Of a stretch of DNA of 64,000 nt, positions 51,420 through 64,000 are shown in pieces. Location of the stretch: contig JBEUKZ010000111.1 in the NCBI GenBank assembly GCA_048128005.1, positions 62,001 to 126,000 of the forward strand, read 5' to 3'. The position numbers and the translations under genes were made by a program. Positions within the stretch are counted from its first letter, which is position 1; each line of letters begins with the position of its first letter. The notes below the pieces were generated by a model. That model ran no database searches and was not told where the DNA came from. It saw only the letters and a list, made by a program, of their open reading frames with translations. The DNA comes from Veleropilina oligotropha (taxonomy: Eukaryota).

Positions 51420-51442
51420 CCATTCCAAATGTGATCTTTATT

Positions 51443-54400
51443 CTAATACCCATATGGTAATGTGGTCAAATCAGGCTGAACAACCCTTTTTGTGTATACC
51501 AATTTATAGGTTTTCTTCTCAACTTTATTGTATATTTTCGCTCCATACCTATCCCTGGATATTTTGGAATTGTTTATAATGTCAATGGTGGAATCTCGCT
51601 TTGGTAACAGTGTCATATGTTGGACAGTCTGAAAGTTAATTAGCATGGAATTTGCATGATTCAGTGTGAATCCTCTAACTTTACAAACTTGCACATCATT
51701 TCTTGTCTTGTAAGCATAGTTCTTGGGTCCACCTGAGCAAAATATTTTGATGCAATCGTTCTCCAGTTCATCAGTCAATTCACAAAGATAATCACCCAAT
51801 GATGGGTTCAACTAACCAGGTTTGCTTGTGAAAATAAAAGAATCCGTAGCATAATATAAAATGCGCTCTTGCAGCATATCCAACAACTCATATAGTTTAA
51901 GTCTTGCATAGCAGGTGGTAAAGCTAGCAATAAAAATATTTGTGATGTTACTTTCTGGAACAAATGACTCTTCATGACACCATTGCAGCTGTGCTGTGTT
52001 CTCGGACATGATATGGAAACTTTTCATCTTTTTGGATGGATCTGTCAAACAGGTGTAAAAATCTTCCAAGTTGTATGCGTGGATCAACTTGGTTTGGGTC
52101 ATATTTGAACGCTGTCCAAATTTACCCCAAAATGAGTTTAGCATGAGCTTGGCTAGCGAGCGAAGCCCCAGATTCCAATTTATTTTATGCGAATTCAGAA
52201 GTATACCTTCTTTTGACTCATAATCTCGTACATATTTTGCTTTGTTTTCATCACTCTGGCACCAAGCAGGCCATCCAGATGCTTCTTGTTTTATTTTGAG
52301 AAAAGTGTTGATGTATTGTCCAAAGAGGCCTCCAGATTTGGTGTTAGGGTCATACTGTGTTGTCTCAGGCCAATGGTAAATTTCGTAGATCTTCTCAACT
52401 AGATATCCTTTCTCGACAGCTTTCATAATTTCTGGAATACACCAAGTCCCGATGAAAACCCTTTCTGCAGTTGTGTGACAGCAACATTATTGCTGTTCGT
52501 CGCTTGCATATGTATAGCACAGGGCAAATTTCAACTTGTCATTGGATCTAAATGGGAGAACGGGATGCAGAAGTCCTCTTGGAGCTTGTACTTTGATCTT
52601 GGCTATTCCAAAATATTTGTCCAATGTTTGGAAGTTTTTAGTTATGATTTTTGGATGACCTATAGGGTAACAGCCGAACTTGTTACAGGCAGGATACAAC
52701 GACGTGTAATCGTAGTACAAAATGTCCTCCCCTTCTTCAGCTTCGTGGAATAATTTACTAGCATTCGTCCTGCCTCCGAAGAAGGAATTTCGGGGAGCCA
52801 AATGCTCCTGTAAATCGATAGATCCAATGAATGTCTTTAGCCGTTCATTTGTGGCCACTTGCTCTGTGAAATCATGCTCCCATACAATAACTAAATTGTA
52901 TCCTAGTTCTTGTATACGTTTATTTCGTTTCATCCTAAGAGCATACAATTCACTGAGAGTTTGTTTGGTGCGAGGTAACACGGTTTTTTCACGATTATGG
53001 GGAAAACAAATTTCACAACCATGAAATTTACATCCAAAGAATTCAAAAATAGTATTTGTTTTCTTACAATATCCATCTGCTCTGTATTTGGTACTAGGAA
53101 CTCGAAATTCGCCCTCGTTCAATGCATGTTGGATATACATTTTGCTGGAATGCATGACCCATGCAAGCCATTGAATGGATACCTTACTATATTGATCATT
53201 CATCACATAGCCCTCTGATGGTGTGATAGCAATGGGGCTAGAAAAAGTTTCCTCCATCACAACGGATGCTCCATCCTGTTTTACATGTTCCAAAGAGTGC
53301 CACTTGTCTTGAATTCGTACCATATTATCTTCTTCGCGGACAGATAACCAATCACTGTTTACATCATCAAGTTTAAGATGGTGATGTTTCCGAAGGAACT
53401 TCTGCTTGAATACTGCTGCACATATGCTGGCAATAGTTATGAATCTTGTAGGATCAAGACCTGTTGTTGAGGCTTTCATCCTTTTTTGATTTGAAGAATT
53501 TTTGACAACTGATGTTTCTTCAGTGATATTCATCGGAAGATCTCGAAATGTCATAACTGAACGTCTCAGTATATCAACATCAGATATGCAGTAATGCAGT
53601 AAGCTTTCATCTCCTGAGCAAAGTCAAATACTTTGTTTTTTTGCAGAGCATACCATTCCATGAATTCAGCTCTGGTTTCAGAGGACATACTGTCAATTCC
53701 ATAGTATGATGGATGAGGATAGGGTCCAACATACGTCTGATTCTCAGGAGTACTATATTTGAATGGAAAAAATCCCTTCTTGAGTCCTTCGAGGGAAAAC
53801 ATCTTTGGGAGGTTAGCAAGTTTGGTGTTAAAGAAAGACAAACTATCCAAGAAACGAATGTTCAGTCCACGTTTGATATACATGTGCATTATTTTGCTAC
53901 CATTGTAGACGATGTTCTCAGGTATAATGGAATTGTGAATAAGGTAGTCAAGTATGAAATACGAATCAAACCCTGCAAAATTGTGAGCAAATATTGTAAA
54001 GTCCTTGTGATAGTCTGTAAAAAGCCATGAGCAAAATTCTTTTGCAGTGTTGTCACCTTCAAAAATGACTTGACGTAATCCACAAATGTCATTGCAGGGT
54101 TTGGTGACATATGCTTTTGTCTTCTTGTTCCATTTTCCATAAGTTCTACAGCGGGTACCACATCTTGAGCAGGGTACTTCCAATGGTTTGTCTTTGCATG
54201 CATCACAGGCTGTTTGGGCTACAACATAGTTGGCTTTATGTTCTTTTTCACCACAGGATGGTTGCTTACAATTAAGACATTTTTTATGAAGTATACATGT
54301 ATCTGTTGTACATGCATGACAAGGTGTTGGAATGTAACCTTCTGCACAGGAAGCAATGTTGACTTGCGTTGTCTCGAAGTCAAAGAAAATTAATTTTTGA

Positions 54401-57341
54401 ACATTTTCAACATCCTTTGTTTTCGTATTCTGATAGCATTGATGGTCATTGGGTACATAATCATGACAGTGTGTACATTTATATTCCTCACATGTGTGGT
54501 CCTCTAATGAACGCTCTGATATTTTTAATACTTTTAGACATCTTGGACATCTCTTCCATGATTCACACTCAGATGGTTTTGTTATGCCTTTGATAATGCG
54601 TTTCTCTTTGTGGGCTTGCATACAATCAGTACTCCTACATGTCATGTTACAGTCTTTGCAGTCAATTGGATTGTTTGTTACTTTACATTTAGGGCGTTTG
54701 CAGATTCTGCACCACATGATGCATTTGTGACGCACCCTTTCTGAGAATGGGATCAAGCAATGGTGGCAAAAATATCCTCTGTCAAAAAAACCACTGATAT
54801 TGACTACAGAATGAAAGTGTTGATCTGATGTCAAATACACAAATAATTTCTTCTTACTTCCATGTCCTGCTGTTCTTATGAATTTATTACCCATCTCTGC
54901 AGATATGACAAGAATGTCACAGTCTAACACTTGTTCAAAATTGGGGATATCTGCTAGACTTGATTTTTCTTCTTTGGACACACTTGCTGCATCACAACCT
55001 TTCAGCGAAATTAGACTGTACTTTTGAATTTGAGTCTTTCATGTTGGTATACATTTTGGGGGAGCATTTTTTATGGACAATGGCTAAATGGATCCAATGA
55101 CCATCAGGATGAGAAGCAACAAGTTCATCCCATTCTTTTTGAGTGACCTGGTGTGCTTTTACATATGACACTGCTATGGATCTTGCAAGACACATGTTGT
55201 CCTTATTTTTAATAAATACCAAACTTTTTTTCATGAAGGCACCTTGATCAGGATTTGTGATCTTGTACCTGTCACCTTTGGGCATATCAATGAGACCTAG
55301 AGTACATTCAAAGGTTTCATCAAGTCTAAGATCATTGTGACTAGATAAAACATTTTGGATGTGCGAAAGTATGACTTGAGCATTCATGTCATCCAACTTG
55401 CGTAATGGAACCACAATTGAATTTGTAAGGTCATGATGTCTTATTACTACTGTGCCCAAATCATTATCAGTGAGTGATCCCCTTGCTTGCTGTAGGACAT
55501 CATCGAACATGTCTATTAATAGGTCATGCAAGTCCTCTAGTGATCTCCCTCGCCATTTCTCATTAAATGTAACATCATATACTCTCTCCACTGCTGCCTT
55601 CTTGGCAAAGTGTCTTTCTTTGCGAAATATTAAAGTATATGGTGATTCTTCAATAGATCCTCCATGTCCTATTTGCAATGAATCACATGATGCTTGATGA
55701 GACATAAAGCTGTTCATCCATCCCGGAGTGTCATGGATAATATTTGTATCGAACTCCCATGTGTCCACATCCATGGCAGTATCTCCACTTGATTCATGAT
55801 GAGTTGTGTCGACATTAATACAATCCAGTGTGCTATTTACATCAGATTTGATATTGTTATCCAATTCTTGGGGGTCCAAATTACTCTTCAAAAAATCCAT
55901 GATAGTGTTTATTTCTAGGAGATGATCATTATCTAATTCCAGATTATAAATATCATCTGATCCGTTGTCCTCCACATTTTTCAAAATGCCCATAATGTTA
56001 TCCAAACTTAAATTAGATGAAGTGGCATCATTGGATTCCAAATAATCATCCAAAGGGTCTTTATGCTTACTAGCAATGGTACCCGTCTTCGCCGGGTAAG
56101 TCCCCCCAGCCCCAATTTTTTTTTTTTTTTTTGGGATAGTGCTCCCTTTTTTTTTCTTTTTTTTTTCTCGATTATATTAAAAATGATAGTAAATTTTTTT
56201 TTTTTTCGCGAATTTTCCGAATTTTTTTCGTGGTAAACCTTCCTTGGGGGACCCCGATTAACCCCCCAAAGTTTGAAGGTCCTAGGTCAAAGCGTCTGGG
56301 AGGAGTTCAACTTGAAACAGACAGACAGACAGACCCGCATACAATTATAGCTCCATTATATTAAGATTAGATGCCATATTTACAGAAATGCATGTGATCT
56401 CTTTATCTGTGTCATAGGCAAGCTTCAATCCAGATGTTCCAGGGTTACTACCATGCGATATATGAACGTTTGGTACAGCAATGTTCTGGTTTGCCTCCAC
56501 TGATCTCTTGGCACAATGCAATCGATGTTTCCTTAAATCATGAATTCGTAAAAAACCACCCCCACAGAATGAGCATGCTAGTCTTTTGCCATTCTTGGAC
56601 ACACTTGTTGCAGTTGTATGTCCATGTTTAAACATATCATTACTTATCTGTTCATGTTCATCATTACTATTTGTATAAATATTATCATTCGTTATTGAAT
56701 CATTGTCCTCTTGGGGTGACCATGCACCATCCAAAATACATAACCTTGTTAAAGTATTTGCCTCTCCAAGTGTGATTTCATCAGATCTTGAATAGTTGGT
56801 GATCGTTAATGTTTTACCTTGCACACCATAAGAAACTGGAATCTCCTCATCAGCATTGGTCCAACATAGTTCACCATTATTTTCAAAATGATTCTTGTTA
56901 TCTGTTATTGAATCATTGTGACCATTTTCCTCTTGAGATGGCATCCAAAATACATAATCTCGTTAATACGCTTGCTTCATCTTTCATGTGGATTTCATCA
57001 CAATGAGAGGCATCAGTTCTTGCATCATTGGATATGGTTAATAAAACACCTTGTCTATCTTCATCAGAATTGGTCTGATCATCATTATTTAGATTCATAT
57101 TTTCATTATTTATCATCTCACCATTATGTTCATCATTTTCTTGCGACTCCCAGACGCCATCATCAATACACATTTGTGCTGCTTCTGCTGATTCCTCTTG
57201 TTCGCTGATCTCATGGCATAGTAGCTGTAATATTTTCATATTAACACCTTCATCGTGTTCCATATTGTTCTCCTCTGCCCATTTAATCAATTTGCTGCTA
57301 GAAGTAATGACATCCATTTTTATCTGGAAAATAAAAGACAT
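51443..57341 (-). pseudogene. Protein-primed family B DNA polymerase (pPolB) with long N-terminal region, multiply disrupted
   Basis: FFDFET, AHNFAGFD, FLDS, KGFFP, FGGRT, YDYTSLYP, KLMLNSFWGKFGQ, YYATDS (catalytic D mutated); frameshifts, a stop at 51812 and a Helitron insertion. Confidence 0.92.
56070..56366 (-). mobile_element. 297-bp non-autonomous Helitron inserted in the pPolB ORF
   Basis: TC...hairpin...CTAG between A and T; removing it gives in-frame MASN-KHKDPLDDYL joining ORFs 56345-56944 and 54992-56053. Confidence 0.88.
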
Positions 57342-59155
57342 TCATTCATTTACTACATGCTATTGGCTGCGTTCTAATCTGTATAATACTGCATGGCATT
57401 CTAATATATTTTGGGTAAATGATTTATCTCGGATGAGGCCAAAGGACTTGCATATATACATACATTTTTTATATGTATATGACCAACGACAATACATGAA
57501 TATATAAATTATAACCTACATGGAACATATATGCTTTCATAGACATGCAAAATTTGATAACCCTACCAAATGAAAAACAATTTACATTTTTGTAAATAGA
57601 CATAATGTTTTGGTGGGTGTCAATAAATAACTACAGAAGCCTTGTTCAAATAAATGTATATATCTTGTGTGAGTGTTTTAAAAAGCATAATTATATTATA
57701 ATATTATATAATATTCTACATATCATTAATACAAATGTTTTGACACTTTATAAGCCATTTACCAAGTTATCCTGACTGTACCTTTGACTGATATTTCCTA
57801 ATGACATAGATGTTGATGCGATTTCCGAGCAGGCGTCATGAGATTGAATATATATGCATCTGAAAATAAATTATGGCTGCATTTTAGTAATTTGTACAGA
57901 GACATTTGCTCATTTGCATTGAAGATGGGCAGTAGCACATGTCTGTATAACAGTGAATTGACTTAGCCTAAAAACTTATTGTGTACCAGCACATTGTATC
58001 ACATTACTTCGGTATGCGATGTATGTGAATTCATGAAAACGATTTATCCCAAACGTACCTTTACTGATATTTCCTAATGCCATAGGTGTTGATGCGATTT
58101 CCGAGCAGGCGTCATGTGATTGAATATATATGCATCTAAAAATAAAATTATGGATGAATTTTAGTAAATTGTACAAAGTCCTAAAACTTATCACATTATT
58201 TTTAGGGTTTATTCGGTATTAAGGTCCCATAAAGAAATCGTAATATATCTCAAAAACAGCCCCCTAATCGTATTTTCGTAAGCGTACTTGTATTAATTTC
58301 TGACTAGCACATATATTTTGGTGCGTACCAGATTGTTAGCTTTCACCAGTTATGATGACATATTATCTGAAATGTTAAATTAATTCTGAAATTTTTCATT
58401 TTGTGGGCCAACATCGATATTTCAACACATGTACTAATAACATATACTAATTACGTCCTAAAAATGATGCCAAATTGTCATAAAATGTTATACAAAACAA
58501 GGTTATCGCCAATTATGAGATCGGAAGTCATGAGGCTGACTGCTCTCAATGTCTGTGAATGCGTGACAATTAGTCTACAATGCACATATTGCGTCTGGTA
58601 CCCCAAAATTATATAATGTATCAGTTATGCCTAGCTACTATCATTATAATGTTACTTTTTCGAATGTAGAAATTAACTATCAAACAGCATTTTGTCATGT
58701 ACGTTTTACCTGTGCTGTTGGCGAAATAGATATATTCCCTTCTATATGAGCACGCATAACATTATTATATAGACCTATAAACAATTTTACCAACAGTATG
58801 GACAGATGTAATGTAGTTATTATTCGTAGGTATGTATTGAAAATGTAACATAATAATTGATATGATCATATTGCAAGTAATTGACAAATTACTCAATAGT
58901 ATGGACCCGACTCAGTCAGTGCAGTGTAGACAAATTGCTGCACAAGTCCCACATATTATGCTGCCCACGAATTTTGCCACGTGCTGCTCAGCTATCCTCA
59001 CAATGCAGTATTTGCCTAGGTATCAGTTTGATGATGATATTGTTAGGCTGACGGGTAGAGCGTCCATGTGCAATAAATAGTTTGCACTCTTGTCATTCAC
59101 ATATTTGTTGGTGCAAGCGATAACACGAGAGCCCACAAAAAGGTTTCATTTATAT

Positions 59156-60053
59156 TGTGACAATGCAGGGTAGATGATGTTACCAGATCGGACTTCAAGA
59201 ACTGGCGGAATGCCCGTCGCCGCGTCACAGTGTTAATGGGATAAATAAATAGTTCTGTAGCAATTGTTTGCCGTATGTTCGGAGCACACATGGGAGGTTA
59301 ATGGTCTTCATTATACGTGTCGTCTAGGTTCCTCTGCTATCTGCTATTATCTCTACTCGCCGACTCAGTTCATTCCAACAGTATTTTGGACCGTTGTGTT
59401 ATCCCTGCTGGAATGCGATGGTACCCGATAACATCCCCGTGACCAGACGCTATCAGCTGGAGTCGTTGAGTTATTATCTTGCTACTGCATTACAAGGCAT
59501 TTGTAGTTTCTGGACAATTCATTTATATAAGTCCTCAACATAACAATAACATAGTATACAATTTTCTATGCTACACAAAATGAGCCCCGCCCGGGCGTGC
59601 TTCCTAGCTTGGAGCTAGGTCGGGACTGCCGCACTTCGGCTCGCACAGGCTTTAAACCAGATCTTTTCAAAAGGGCCACACCCTCTTCTTACCCAATCAG
59701 CTAGCGCGCTTTGGGATTACATCATGATTTAGCCAACGTGGCATCTCCAACGTGGAACTAGTAACGCGTGCAAAATGACTCATAGTAATCATCATCAATC
59801 TAACTCAGTTATATAAACATGTCAAACATGTCCACCCATGCCAGCCTTATGAGACGTCAATTATCGTTAACTTCTGCTAATTGTTATTGCTAATATTAAC
59901 AAGATTACTTTAGATCATCAGGTCACAGACAATCATTCTATGGCATGGGCACTTAGTGCAATTAATCATCAAGTCGTTTTACACAGTTATAACAATACTA
60001 ATTTACCATTCTTAAAGTTAACTCGTTAAGTAATTAGACATCATATTGTAACA
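59156..60053 (-). repeat. 3' LTR
   Basis: Near-identical to 63003-63900. Confidence 0.92.
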
Positions 60054-63002
60054 GTACCTCCCATACTTCGAAGAATATTAATCAAATTAAGATTCTCATA
60101 TAGTCATTCAATATGATCGGTAATCAAAACATAGTTCAACAATAATAAAACATGCACAATAATATAAAGCATGCACAATATAACTCAATAATCAAATGTA
60201 TTTCAAAACAATTAAGATCATCAATAAATTTACTAAGAGTCTCTTTAACCCCATGTATTCATCACATGGGTCACTAAATAAAGTGAATCGCGCACATTGT
60301 TCATTCCTCGCAAGGCACATCCATTCAGTCCTAATCTCGTGCGATTGGTCGACGATCCAGACACACAGTTCGTAAATATGTCCAATCCTCATCGTCGCAC
60401 CAATGAAACATGTCGTAGGTTCTTAGTCGTCGCACGCATATTCATTGATTTAATCTTGGCACAATGGATTACCTGGAAGAAAGATCAAAGCAGCAATATC
60501 TGTCCTCTAACTTATGTTCACACTTGAACTAAAGTGGTGCTCTCAATTAACACCAACACGATTTACCATTAGGCAATACTATGCCACTTTATGACATGAA
60601 AACTTCATGCTACTTAATACAATCATCATCAACATGGGTGTACATCATTTTGACAAGTTACATTGATCTTCAGTAACTTACACGTCTTACTCTTTATTTT
60701 TTAAGGTTTTACCAAAACCACAGCTTCTCAATTTCTCAATATATTCAAGTGTCCAGCCCTCTCGGCCAGAAAACATTTAACTTGTTTACTAGAACTGCTA
60801 GTCACCATTGAGTATGTTAGGCATTATCGGCTTTTATCTCCCGATGATGACACATTGCACATTTTTGATTTAATTAATTGGTTTCGTGTGTCTTGTCTGC
60901 ATTACACCTGTTCTCTTTTCTACTAAGTTTATGGCCGACGTATTTCTTCTCACAATGAACCGTAAGTTTAAACATTATACATCCCTTTATGACAATCATT
61001 AACAGGATCGTGAACGCCAAATAGAACTCAATCGCTGTATGCCTTTCAATTCGGAAATAATGCTTTCTCTTTGGCATTCGATTCAATGTTAGTCACTTAT
61101 TAGTACCAATAAACCCAGCTAACAGATCTTACGAAAATCTCGAAAATACAAGACACTACCTATTGCAAATTTATTCATCGCTCTGCCTATTGGTCATCAT
61201 TTATTTATTTGACCATCTTTAGCGCTCCTTGTTTATATTTGGTGGACTTCTTATCCACATTTTCTCAATCACCTCTTTCATGATCCTCATTCATGGGTCA
61301 GTTATCAGTGGTGTGTTACGACCAATCATCTACGCGGTATCTAACTCTTACTGAAGAATACTTTCGTTAGACTATTCAACATGTGACCATAAAAGGCATA
61401 AAGTGAAGCCAATAATCAAATTGATTACACAACCAGGAAGCGCATCCAGCCGACTGAACTGATCATGTCCAGCAAACCGAATCGCCACGAAGCCCTGACT
61501 GACTCTTTAGTTCAAGCGCTAATAAATTAATCAAAATTTACCAACTCATGTTAGACAGACCTAACACTCACTCTCTATCTCATCAGTAGATATCACCCTT
61601 TACGTCTGTCACCCCACTGTTACCACGACCCTCAGTGCACTTTTACTATTCAGGGGAATCACTCCACCCTGTCTCTATTATAGTTGCGTTAATGTCTGTA
61701 CACCCTAAGACTGTTTTATTATTTGATTTCAGTTACATTATTTCACCTCTCCCTCCGATTGGCATTCACGAGGTCCAATCAACCTTACCAGTTCGCCCTT
61801 ATCCGGTTTCGAACTGTATTATGGTGCAAAGGATTTAATTCCCCCTTTCCAAAGCTGAAACAGCCCCCCCGACATAACGTCGACACCTAACATGTACGTG
61901 TCTTATTACATGTGCGTCCTCACATAACAATGCTCTTGGTCACGTCTTTTAATTCTCAACTCCTGTCAAATGAAATCAAACAATTCTAACATTTATTACT
62001 TTTTCTGTAATATTTAATCTCTTCTGCTCCACTATTTCTGTTTCTAACTCAATTAATCTGCAAAATGTATTTTCCCAGTTATAAAATACTATACTCTGAG
62101 TTTGTTTACACAAAGGTCAACTGCGCTGATCCCTCGCTGCAAGGAGCCAAAATTTCGTAATCAATCTAGTCGCTGGCAGCTATAGTAATGCATATCTCAA
62201 GAATTTATCATGCGACATACATTAAAACAGCCAATGAATAAATTGACACACTTCTACATTTCTCGCAGCATTTGTAGAAACTAATTCACATATCTTTTAT
62301 ACCACACTATGACTTGCTCAATAGTGTTTTACATGGCATACAATAAATCCATCACACAATGGAAACAATACATATTTCTGCTATTAATACAGTTTAGCCC
62401 TTCAAGTATGGTACTATCTTATCCCTATTCCGGTTCCAACATAAAAGATATAATTCAAAGCATGCAAACACAATATTTATGTACAATACAACCATCTTCT
62501 TATCTATGGACTGTAATTTTAATTCCCTTTACTCTCCTGTGTTATCTCAGTGTATGTGGACTCCCATTCCGCTATTTGTAAACATTCAGTCTTGCTGATA
62601 TACGTCCAAATTATCGCGGTCAGTCCATTCTCATCATAAATATATTCAACATAATTTTGCTTCGGATTATTTAACTGACATGACTCGACTGGTTTCTCAC
62701 CGGCGCTCACTTCCATATTACATTTACTATGTGAAACCTTACTTTCGGCCATTTCTATCACTTTACTTTTATAATCAGGTGTAACTTACAAAATGCAGAC
62801 TTATTACATGACACACTCACCCTATGTTATTGTTGATAACAGCTCCATTTCGATACGCCAGCTCTCTGTCTTTTGGTATGCCGGTCTGCAACATCCACCA
62901 CGATATTTCCTCTGCGGTTTGTTGATATTCGTAGGGCAGCCCGGTCACGTCGAACCAAATTAACAGCTTGGTTCACCTGGTCACGCTCACCAAATTAACC
63001 AC

Positions 63003-63900
63003 TGTGACAATGCGGGGTAGATGATGTTACCAGATCGGACTTCAAGAACTGGCGGAAAGCCCGTTGCCGCGTCACAGTGTTAATGGGATAAATAAATAGT
63101 TCTGTAGCAATTGTTTGCCGTATGTTCGGAGCACACATGGGAGGTTAATGGTCTTCATTATACGTGTCGTCTAGGTTCCTCTGCTATCTGCTATTATCTC
63201 TACTCGCCGACTCAGTTCATTCCAACAGTATTTTGGACCGTTGTGTTATCCCTGCTGGAATGCGATGGTACCCGATAACATCCCCGTGACCAGACGCTAT
63301 CAGCTGGAGTCGTTGAGTTATTATCTTGCTACTGCATTACAAGGCATTTGTAGTTTCTGGACAATTCATTTATATAAGTCCTCAACATAACAATAACATA
63401 GTATACAATTTTCTATGCTACACAAAATGAGCCCCGCCCGGGCGTGCTTCCTAGCTTGGAGCTAGGTCGGGACTGCCGCACTTCGACTCGCACAGGCTTT
63501 AAACCAGATCTTCTCAAAAGGGCCACACCCTCTTCTTACCCAATCAGCTAGCGCGCTTTGGGATTACATCATGATTTAGCCAACGTGGCATCTCCAATGT
63601 GGAACTAGTAACGCGTGCAAAATGACTCATAGTAATCATCATCAATCTAACTCAGTTATATAAACATGTCAAACATGTCCACCCATGCCAGCCTTATGAG
63701 ACGTCAATTCTCGTTAACTTCTGCTAATTGTTATTGCTAATATTAACAAGATTACTTTAGATCATCAGGTCACAGACAATCATTCTATGGCATGGGCACT
63801 TAGTGCAATTAATCATCAAGTCGTTTTACACAGTTATAACAATACTAATTTACCATTCTTAAAGTTAACTCGTTAAGTAATTAGACATCATATTGTAACA
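63003..63900 (-). repeat. 5' LTR
   Basis: Near-identical to 59156-60053. Confidence 0.92.
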
Positions 63901-64000
63901 ATATGTCTTTCAGTGCGATCAAATTTGTTGCGTTTGCTTTTAAATTAGATTTAAATGACAAATTGCATGGCGGCTACGCTATTTAATTCAAAAGTTACAC

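Larger units (their letters stand above)
31845..58200. mobile_element. Polinton/Maverick (adintovirus-like endogenous virus), decayed and interrupted; termini not identified
   Basis: Integrase, minor and major capsid, adenain protease and A32-like ATPase on +, converging on pPolB on -; boundaries approximate. Confidence 0.9.
59156..63900 (-). mobile_element. Non-autonomous LTR retroelement (Gypsy-like 4-bp TSD)
   Basis: 898-bp LTRs at 59156-60053 and 63003-63900 with TG..CA ends, ATAT TSD, purine-rich GAAGTATGGGAGGTAC before the 3' LTR, TGG-starting PBS-like motif after the 5' LTR; no long internal ORF. Confidence 0.9.

Noticed and set aside
57775..58185. ~125-bp direct duplication upstream of pPolB as an element terminus
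   Set aside because: Direct, not inverted, and no TSD; probably a local duplication
62519..62761. gag ORF of the LTR element
   Set aside because: Only 80 aa with no capsid or zinc-knuckle motif

Overview
AT-rich, repeat-dense animal (invertebrate) genomic DNA; the SINE tails and Helentron-type repeats suggest a mollusc or other lophotrochozoan, which is inference only. The host gene is a minus-strand, multi-exon Rab20-like GTPase with four phase-consistent exons between 6258 and 18758; its first exon was not found. Its last intron holds an intact Crypton-type (DUF3504-like) tyrosine-recombinase element (6663-9375) with an unusual end structure: a perfect 62-bp-arm terminal hairpin plus an internal site complementary to the joined termini. 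Four non-coding elements share this architecture, three of them stacked end-to-end at about 43.7-45.5 kb. Two LINE RT remnants lie at 26.3-29.3 kb. From about 31.8 to 58.2 kb lies a decayed Polinton/Maverick (adintovirus-like) element encoding a tandem PC4-like protein, integrase-chromodomain, minor and major capsid, adenain protease, packaging ATPase and pPolB. It is split by an 11.9-kb Sola-like DNA transposon (AATT TSD, spliced transposase, nested MITEs, possible cargo gene) and by a 297-bp Helitron. A young non-autonomous LTR element (898-bp LTRs, ATAT TSD) ends the window. All calls are by eye, without database searches.
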